Origin: Octopus sinensis
Taxonomy: Eukaryota
Reading direction: 5' to 3'
DNA length: 64,000 nucleotides
Assembly (NCBI RefSeq): GCF_006345805.1
Contig: NC_043005.1
Span: 79,794,001-79,858,000 of the forward strand
Positions 54,434 through 64,000 of the stretch are shown one piece after another (the first letter of the stretch is position 1; each line of letters opens with the position of its first letter). The position numbers were made by a program, and so were the translations under genes. The notes under the pieces are model-generated. The model searched no databases and was not told the origin of the DNA. It saw only the letters and a list, made by a program, of their open reading frames with translations.

Positions 54434-54626
54434 GAGTAATAATAATAGTAATAATAATAATAACAATAGTACTAATAACAATAATAATAATAATAATAAT
54501 AATAATGATAATAATAATAATGATAATAATAAAGGTAATAATAATAATGATAATAGTAATAATAATAATAACAACAATAATAATAATAATAATAATATTA
54601 AAATAATAATATATAATATAATAATA

Positions 54627-54679
<53 letters not shown>

Positions 54680-54680
54680 T
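54085..54680. repeat. Long imperfect (AAT)n microsatellite
   Basis: Direct inspection. Confidence 0.95.
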
Positions 54681-54951
54681 AGGTGGCAATTGTATAATAT
54701 TGATGTCATAACAAGTCTTCTTTGAAGTTAGTCGAACAAGGAGGAAGTGCAGTTTATGGAAATACCGTAAAATATGGTGATCGTAATGGCGGCAACAGAG
54801 GGAAAGGAAGAGGTAATTGGAGTTGTAGTGGAAAGGAAATGGCGGTTATTTTTATATCCGGTATTTTTCAGCGATGCGTAGGGTTCTAAGTTTAATATGA
54901 TTGTTTATATGAATGAATTTGAGAATATGTGTATGTACGTATGAATGTATG

Positions 54952-54989
<38 letters not shown>

Positions 54990-55282
54990 TATATGTATGT
55001 GTGTGTGTGTGTGTGTTTGTCTGTGTGTGTATGTATGTATGTATGTGTGTATATATATACATATAATATAGATAGATAGATATACAATGTACTGTATATA
55101 CGTATATATATATATATATTATATATATATATATATATATATTATGTATATATATATATATAATATAATATACATATACACACATACGTATGTGTAGATG
55201 TATACATAGATGTACACATATATAGGTATGTAAATGTACAAGCATACATATATATTTGCATATATATTTTTTATTTATATTA

Positions 55283-55313
<31 letters not shown>

Positions 55314-55759
55314 ATAAATAAAAATACATAAACACACACGCGTACACACATATATATGGTGTTGTTCGTGGACCCACGAAAGACAGATATAGATATATGT
55401 ATTTACATACATAAATGTATATGAATATATACTATATATTATATATATATTATAATATATATATGAATATATTTAACACACACACTATGTGTACATATGT
55501 GTGTGTATGTGTGCGTATGCGGGTACGTGTTATGTATGTGCATGTACGACGTAGGTGGTGTTGGCGTTGTTGAAGTCATTGTTTACCAAATTTCCAAATG
55601 AAAATTATTCTCGACCAGACTTTTGCCTTTGCTGTTCCAACAGAGAGATAATATAAAAGGACAAACGTAGCTGTTGTGAGAAGTTAATGATTTGTAGTTG
55701 GTGTTTGAGTGATATCAGTCCGGAAACAGGGAAATTAGCTGAACGCCATACGATCGGGA

Positions 55760-56411
55760 AAACCGACAGGAGGAGAATGAGGGAAGAAATGAAGGAAGAA
55801 GAAACAAACAAACAAACAAACAAAAGAAAGGAAAGAAAAATAAACGGAGAGCAAGAAAGGAAGGAAGAAATGAATCAAGGAAGAAAAATAGAAAGAAGCA
55901 AAGAAAGAAAGTAGGAAGGAAAGAAAGAAAGAAAGAAAGAAAGAAGAAAGACTGAATGAAAAAGAAAACAGAGAGCAAGACAGGAAAGAAGGAATGAGGG
56001 AAGAAAAAAGAAAGAACGATGAAAGAAAGAAATAGAAGAAAAGGGGGAAGGATGAAAAAGAGAAAGAAAGAAAATGAAGAAACGGAGATCAAGAAAGGGA
56101 GGAAGGAAGTAAAAGAAGAAAAGAACGGATGACAGAAAGGAAGAAAGAATGAAATAGAAGGAAAGAAGGAAGGAAGAAAGCAAATGAAAAAATAACGGAG
56201 AAGGAAGGAAGGAAAAAGAAAGAAAGAAGGAAAGAAAATGGAAACGGAAAAGAAAGAAAGAAAAGGGAAGAAAGTTAAGAAGGATAAAAGGCGAAGTAGA
56301 AAGATGAACGACAAGATGAACGACGCAAACATGCTGATAATGATCATGATGATCAGTGTGATCATGGTGACGACGACGACGGTGAATATGCTGATAACCA
56401 TGATGAGGTTA

Positions 56412-56442
<31 letters not shown>

Positions 56443-56545
56443 AGTAGCAAAGAAGAAGAAGAAGAAGAAGAAGAAGAAGAAGAAGAAGAAGAAGAAGAAG
56501 AAGAAGAAGAAGAAGAAGAAGAAGAAGAAGACGACGACGACGACT
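55760..56545. repeat. Purine-rich low-complexity tract ending in (GAA)n
   Basis: Direct inspection. Confidence 0.9.
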
Positions 56546-56919
56546 GCAGACAATATCTGTATGTACAGCAAAACTGACCCGAACAATTCCAAGATTTTAA
56601 CAGAAACAGCAAAATTTCTTTGATCTCCAAATATGTGACAACACACACAAACACACACACACAGACACATACACACACACACACACACACAAACAAACAA
56701 ACAAACAAAACAGTTTAATCATGCGAATTGAAACAGAAAGAAAACAGAATTTTTTTTATATTGAACGGCATTCTTCTGCGACATCATTGGATATTTAAAC
56801 TGCACCATTTTCATTGAATGGCATATCACTTCACAACATGAGTTCGTCAGTGATTGCTTGTGGTAGCTAATAGTGTAATCGCGTAAAACCGAATATGTCA
56901 CATCATACAGCCAAACACA

Positions 56920-57345
56920 TTAAGTTGACAGTATAAAACTACTCTATTGTCCCACCAGTGTTTATATCTCACTGAGATATTTAGAAATGTTATATTTCTA
57001 TTTTTGTGATCAGTGGATATATTTCGCTAGGATTCTTATATGTTTACGAGGCCTAGACAAGCATCTGCAGCTAAGCAGGCCATGCTACTTCAGACTGATG
57101 ACGAGAAAGACTCAGAAACTAGTCTCTAGATGCAGGCTTAGCTGTGTGAGGGCGCTTCTCCCCCCCCCTGTAAACATAAGGACACAGGAAATGTGTCAAG
57201 GCCGACAGGAAGCGTTGATGCTTCATAGGGCTAAATAACGGTGTTGTGATTTCCTTCATGGGACCGTCACCTTAAGTTGACACTATACAACTACTCTATC
57301 GTACAACCACTACTTATATCTCTCTGAGATATTTAGAAATGTAAT
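56920..57345 (+). mobile_element. Family G: ~75-bp diverged direct repeats (352-bp period) flanking a hammerhead
   Basis: TTAAGTTGACA..ACTACTCTAT..TGAGATATTTAGAAATGT at 56920 and 57272. Confidence 0.65.
57091..57128 (+). ncRNA. Minimal type I hammerhead (1-bp stem III, palindromic CUAG loop), degenerate
   Basis: AGA-CUGAUGA-cGAG(aaaga)CUCa-GAAA(CUAG)U-C|UCU; GUC triplet; C-A mismatch closing stem II. Confidence 0.6.
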
Positions 57346-57348
57346 ATA

Positions 57349-57399
<51 letters not shown>

Positions 57400-57466
57400 A
57401 CACATACACACGCAAAAGAAATATATATATTGGAACAAATTGGGAGTTGTTTTATATATATACGTG

Positions 57467-57497
<31 letters not shown>

Positions 57498-57629
57498 GAA
57501 GGTTTGAAAATGCAATTTTAAAAGATACATCTTTTAAATTGCACTTTCAAACCTTCTTTCTATATAATTCCACTCGTGTGGTACCTTACAACTCCACTTT
57601 GTTATATATAATATATATATATATACATA

Positions 57630-58915
57630 CATACTACATATGTAAAAAATAGGTGTGAGTTTATTTGTGGCATTGTTAGCTAACTCCTCCTATATCGTTT
57701 TATTGATTTTAATGAAACTTGACACGTGATTAGAACTCATGTCTGGAACCCACGTGACTTGGCCCTGGAAGGGACCTTTATATCTACCTCATATAACTAA
57801 TTTTTAAACACCCAAAGGAAATAACCCATTTTATTGTCTGTGTTCAGTTATTTAGAATATTGAATTTTTTGTGTGTCCAATTTCTAATGTTTGCAGACAA
57901 TATCGTTTTATTTGACACGTGAGTAGAACTCATGTCTGGAAACCTCGTGAAATACTGAGATTGTTAGAAAAAAGTCGATAATAGGGCCCCTCCGATGGAT
58001 TCTTCTATCTACTACGTATTACTAAAATTTTATTTAAACGACCCAAGGGAAATAACCCATAGCACCTGCAGATTTTAGCGAAGCGATCAATATTTGATTC
58101 TGACGATCAGCCGACCTAATTCTGCATTTCACTACTCAGTTTTGCAATTCTTAATTTGAATCTTAAACCATAAAGACTTCATTTATACATTTCTATTCAT
58201 ACATACTTGTTTGAATGCCCATTACTCTGATATTTCTGCATTTTACAGGTACATTTTTTTTCCATGATATTAGACAAAATTTTTATTCCACAACGTATTT
58301 GTAGGGGCTTCATGCAGGCATAACGTGAATTCGATCCTCCATTGCATTATTTCACTTCTTAAGACTTCAACAGTGCTTTTCTTCCGGTAAAACAATAGTT
58401 TTTGTGTAAATGACAGCCGTTATACATTTCCCAGATGCATTCGCAAAGCAGAATAATTTCTTTATCATTTGACACTTCTGACCTATTCTAGTCCACCACT
58501 GTTTCGAATGGAGATAACAGAGCTCCAACGAAATCGTTTGTTCAACAATATGTATATCCTTCTGGCTGCTTTTCGGTAGTTATAAAAACAAGAACTCCAT
58601 AAGCTAAAGGCAGTTAGTGAGAGCGACCATCAGTGAGTGTGATCGTTATTACTGCACTTTCTTCAAACATTTCATTCATATATTTATATAACCTCTCTCA
58701 CCAAGCCCCGACAATATTTCTTGCCAACCTCCGAAAACCTCTCTTGCCAACCTCCAACAATCTCCCCCGCCTCCAGCTGAAAGTTTTTGTACCTTTTCGT
58801 GACGGAAAATACACCTTTTGTGGCAGTTATAACGAAATTGCTTTTTTTATATCAGAGTAATAAGGTGTTTCAATAAAACATTTTACCCCCGGGAATTACC
58901 GGGTACACCCGCTAG
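57630..58915 (+). mobile_element. Probable non-autonomous Helitron
   Basis: 3' hairpin CCCGG-GAATTA-CCGGG (58888-58903) then CTAG|T (58912-58916); AACTCCTCC..GATTTTAATGAAACTTG subterminal motif; internal direct repeat 57719/57912; 5' end approximate. Confidence 0.65.
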
Positions 58916-59252
58916 TATATATATATATACATACATACACACACACAACGCACAGCTTCTGTCTGTCATATTTACTCGCAACCATTTATTTGTATATTAC
59001 AAGGTATCATATACGACCCTTAGCCAAGTTTGTGCGCTGCGGGATAGAAATCTACACCACGAAAAAGGAAATCTCTAACATGCTCATATCTATTTTTTTT
59101 TCGATCATACATAGTGATTTTATAAGTTTTGCATTCAATCTTACGTATAGGCGTAGTTGCCTCCCAGTATGTATGCACGCATGCACACACGCGTGCACAC
59201 ACGCATACACACAAGCACACGCACGCACACATATCTATCCCTCTCTCCCAAT

Positions 59253-59368
<116 letters not shown>

Positions 59369-59379
59369 ATGTATGTATG

Positions 59380-59414
<35 letters not shown>

Positions 59415-59698
59415 ATCTGGCTGGCTAACTGGTTGGTTGGCTACCCGGGTGTCCATTTATGTATCTATCTTTCTCTGTGTGTTTGTGTGAGTGTGTTGTG
59501 TGTGTGTGTGTGTGTATACATGCGTTCGTGTCTATGTGTGTGCGAACGCACACACATTAGTGAGCAAATTATTTCATTTCCTGGCGCAATTTATACATTT
59601 GCGAGAGAGAGAGAGAAGGAAAAGGAGAGAGCAAAAGAGAGGAGAGAGAGTGAGAAGTAAAAGACTAATGAACTGTGTAATAGATAGATAGATAGATT

Positions 59699-59749
<51 letters not shown>

Positions 59750-60597
59750 GGATGGATGGATGGATGGATGGATTGATGCATGGATGGATAGATGGGTGAA
59801 TAAAGGGAGCGAGAGCGAGGGAGAAAGAAAGTGAGAGAGAGAGAGAAATATGTGCTAGACCAAAATATTGAGAGAGAACCAAGTGGGGTGATACATTCGA
59901 GAACATTCTCGTAATCTTCCATATTTTTCTATTTAATTTTTCTCTAAGTAGGCATGTAGCCTGTTGAAAGATATAATTCGTTGCATGTTTTGAAGCAAAT
60001 ATGAAAGCCACGAAAATTTTAAGAGCCTGAAACGGTTAATTTTTTTTTATTCTTTTTTTTTTAAGACTGGAGTCCCTTTGTTGAGAAATAGCTAACAGAT
60101 CGGTTATGTGTTATCCATTGTCGTATCATATAATACCATATCATAAAATATGTTATCAATCCATTGGTGTATATCATCATAAAACATTATATATTAATAA
60201 TAAGATGGCATGAAACATGATTGAATCACGCCCCGTAAAATGATTTAAATAACTTTTTTAAAAATAAGAAACAGGAAAAATTCTGGAGCTGAAGTTAAAA
60301 GTCTAATATCTAAGTACTTGGGGTTTCAATTTCATTTTTTTCATTTTTTTCGTTTTTCATTATCTCCTCAAAGATGATAATAACGGAGCCATTTAAAAAA
60401 ATATTCTTCATTGTTGCTGTTGCTGTTGTTGTTATTGTTGTTATTGTGGTGGTGGTGGTGGGGATGGTGGTGCTGGTGATGGTGTTGCTGTTGGTGCTAT
60501 ACATTACCAAAATAAATGCAGTGTTGTAAACAGTCAACATGGAGAGATATAAGAAAAAACTAAAACAAAAATGTAGAAAACAAACAACTAACAAAAC

Positions 60598-60710
60598 AAC
60601 GATGATGATGATGATGGTAATGGTGACGTTGACTGTGGTGGGGTTGGCGGCGTTGGTGAAGTTGATGATGACGAGGACGACAACGACGGCGACGATGATG
60701 GTGATGATGG

Positions 60711-60771
<61 letters not shown>

Positions 60772-60863
60772 GGTGGTGATCGAAATTCTTGTGGTGTTGG
60801 CAGTGGCGGCGATAATGATGATGACGATGATGATGATGATGTTGATGAGGATGATGATGATGT

Positions 60864-60894
<31 letters not shown>

Positions 60895-61025
60895 AACGAT
60901 GATGATGATGACGACGTTGATTGTGATGATGATGGTAGATGATGGTGATGATGATGATGATGATGATGATAAGGATGATGATGATGATGGTGGTGGTGGT
61001 GGTGGTGGTGGTGGTGATGATGATA
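60598..61025. repeat. (GAT/GGT)n cryptic triplet repeat
   Basis: Direct inspection. Confidence 0.9.
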
Positions 61026-61443
61026 AAATACGATATCGTGCAGTAATTTCAGATGGCAAACAATTTTATGTTGAATAGTATTGGACAGCTATCACGCACT
61101 GTATACTTGCTAATTGACTTAACATAAAAGACCTATTTTAAAAAAAATATGCATATACACAAATACACTCAGGCATGCTTACATACTCACTATCCACACA
61201 TATACATAAATATATACATACTCACTTAAATAGATGTATGTGGAGTTAAATGCATTTGAACTTGGATATGTTTACGAATCTTCACGCACCCCCACACACA
61301 CCCGCACGAGCACACATATATGCACGTACTGATGTAAATGCATATATATATATATATACCTACACATATTTCTCTAGTTATATCCGTATATATATATTTA
61401 TATATACATACATATATATATATATATAAACATATATATATAC

Positions 61444-61480
<37 letters not shown>

Positions 61481-62014
61481 AATATTCATACCATACATAT
61501 ATATATATGCATATATAAATATATATATATTATACATATATCAATATACATATTTATATATATGTATATATATAAATATACATATTTATATATACACGTA
61601 TATAAATATATGTATATTAATATATATACATCTATATATAGAGAGAATACACACGCACACACATACACAAACACACACACACACACACAAACACACACAT
61701 ATATATATATATATGCATATACATATATGTATACATCATACATCACAATCGGAGTGAGATTGAGAGAATGAAATTAGTTAAGAACGGGAGAAAAACAAAG
61801 TAAAAAAAGGAAGAAAAAGAGAAACTATCAATGAATACATGGAAGATTGCATGTTTTAGATTAGTGGAGCAGTCCTTAGCAAACTCGCATTTATGCACCC
61901 GGTAGTGAATAATCACCATTAGTTATTTACTGTAAAAACCGCAAAGTTTTAAAAACATTACTAGTAACTTAAAAGGTAAACATATATATATATATATATC
62001 TTTATATATATATT

Positions 62015-62190
62015 TGTTTGTGTGTCTGTGTTTTTTGTCTCCACAACATCACTTGACAACAGATTCGGCAAAAGAGACCGATAGAATAAGTACTAGGTTT
62101 ACAAAGAATTGGTCGTGGGGTCGATTTACTCGACTAGAGGTGGTGCTTTATTATGGCCGGTGTCAAATGACTGAAACAAATAAAAGAATG
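62015..62190 (+). mobile_element. SINE family 1, internally deleted 3' half
   Basis: CATCACTTGACAAC/TTCGGCAAAAGAGACCGATAGAATAAGTACT..GTCAAATGACTGAAAC. Confidence 0.75.
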
Positions 62191-62254
62191 AAATGTACAT
62201 GCATACATACATACATGCATACATACAAACATACATATATATCTATATATATAT

Positions 62255-62297
<43 letters not shown>

Positions 62298-62431
62298 ACA
62301 CTCTACAAAAAGTATTGAGATTCTTAAGTTTAATATTAAATTGCTTTTTTCATAACTCATGAAAACAAGTATTGTGTGTGTAAGTATTTGTGTGCGTGAG
62401 TGTTGGTGTGTGTGTGTATGTGGGTGTGTGT

Positions 62432-62472
<41 letters not shown>

Positions 62473-63029
62473 TGTGTGTGTGTCTGTGTCTGTGTGTGTG
62501 TGTGATCCTTGACCCTTTAGAAGGCTTGCAATACCATGAACTACTATAAGTAATCTTACAAGTGGATTGATGTAACGAGAGCCAACCCTAATTCTGTGAA
62601 GATCATCGTTGATATATGCTAAAGAAGGCCCCAGAGGGACTGACTGAAGCCTCACATTATCGTATCTGCACTTAGAATGTACAGGCAATTCACTAATAGG
62701 AGAAGCCCAACTCATCCAATTGAGACGGTACAGCATCAACGTTCCTGATGTGACAGAGACGCATTGAACGGGAGCTAGTCACTTCAGTATCGAAGAGAGC
62801 GTACTAGCTGTCTGGTACTCCACTGGTTATGACGATGAGGGTTTTATTGATCAGATCAAAGGAACAGCCGGCTCGTATAATTAACATGCAAGTGGCTGTC
62901 TACTCCAGAAACATGCGTACCCATAACGGAGTTCTTAGGGAGATCCAGCGTGGCACAAAATGTGACAAGGCTGGTACGACTCTTTTTGTCAGCTATGTTG
63001 ACTATAGCAACGAGAAATAAAGAGTTTTA

Positions 63030-63450
63030 AGGCGGCGAGCTGGCAGAAACTTTAGCACGCCGGGCGAAATGCTTAGCGGTATTTAGTATGCCGCTACCTT
63101 TCTGAGTTCAAATTCCGTCGAGGTCGACTTTGCCTTTCATCCTTTCAGGGTCGATTAAATAAGTACCAGTTACGCACTGGGGTCGATATAATAGACTTAA
63201 TCCGTTTGTTTATCCTTGTTTGACCTCTCTGTGTTTAGCCCCTTGTGGGTAGTAAAGAAATAGGTATTTCATTTGCAGTTACGTTCTGAGTTCAAATTCC
63301 GCTGAGGTCGACTTGCCTTTTATCCTTTCGGGGTCGATATATTAAGTACCAGTTACGCACTGTTGGCGATGTAATCAACTTAATCCCTTTGTCTGTTCTT
63401 GTTTGTCCCTTGTGGGACAATATAGTCCCTTGTGGGCAATAAAGAAATGA
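63030..63450 (+). mobile_element. SINE family 2, full copy (63030-63270) plus tandem partial copy (63275-63450)
   Basis: Collinear with 53267-53500. Confidence 0.9.
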
Positions 63451-63819
63451 GAAATAAAGAATTTTGCCCAAGGACATAATGCACCACCCAGTATCGAACT
63501 GACGATCTTACGATCGTCGGCTGACTACCCTAATCAATAAGTCAAGTTGTCTAATCTTGAAGGAACAAGAGAGCCGGCGTGGGAGCAATCATCACTAGGA
63601 ATGCCTCAAAAATCTTGTACTTCTATACGGCATCTAGGAACTATATGCGTTTGGGAGTCTCGCCTTTAAATCGTTCTTTGATCCATGTCTCAACGCCTAC
63701 GACAGACTTAAGCGAGAAAGGAACAATTATTTTCGATTGCATTTTTCATGTCGCTCACAAAGGTTACGTAAGACAGGACATTACATTGGTTTCTAGATAA
63801 TTTCAACCCTTGCTTTAAG

Positions 63820-64000
63820 AGAATTCCTTAATGTCTGCAGGCATTACTGTCCGATAACTCGGAACAACGCCGCAGAACGATTTCTCGACTTCAGTCGCAA
63901 CAACGAATTCTACGTCACAAAACTATGTTTCAATAATTAAAGCTGAGTCGGTAAAATTGTCTTTCTCCTGGTGAGTGGTATACAAATCAGAATAAATACG
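63820..64000 (+). mobile_element. RTE-clade LINE APE endonuclease C-terminal remnant (runs off window)
   Basis: RNNAAERFLDFSRNNEFYVTKLCF..SPGEWYTNQ resembles RN.RGERL..FC..N.L...NT.F..SPDG...NQID. Confidence 0.6.

Noticed and set aside
62560-62740. RT motif-like VPLGPSLAYINDDL on the minus strand
   Set aside because: Single weak motif with no neighbouring RT motifs visible

Overview
AT-rich, microsatellite-saturated eukaryotic DNA, most likely intergenic or intronic sequence from an octopod cephalopod (inferred from the recurring tRNA-derived SINE families and the dense (TA)n/(CA)n/(GATA)n/(AAT)n tracts). I found no intact host protein-coding gene; almost all listed ORFs are simple-repeat artefacts. 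Recognisable content is decayed transposons: CR1-like, RTE, L1/Tx1 and R4/Dong-like LINE fragments, a pogo transposase and a Tigger-like MITE, mariner remnants, a full-span hAT (Buster/Charlie type) with TIRs, TSD and nested insertions, a probable non-autonomous Helitron, a Penelope GIY-YIG remnant and three SINE families. The main unexplained signal is a set of small non-coding elements from about seven apparently unrelated families that carry type I hammerhead-ribozyme folds (CUGANGA...GAAA...NUH, often with a palindromic stem III). They occur as tandem or direct repeats (periods about 350-500 bp) or head-to-head inverted pairs, mostly inside (TA)n tracts. In one element (17417-18150) the 5' boundary falls at the predicted self-cleavage site. 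This resembles a retrozyme / Penelope-dependent small-RNA system. All structures were read by eye and none has been tested.
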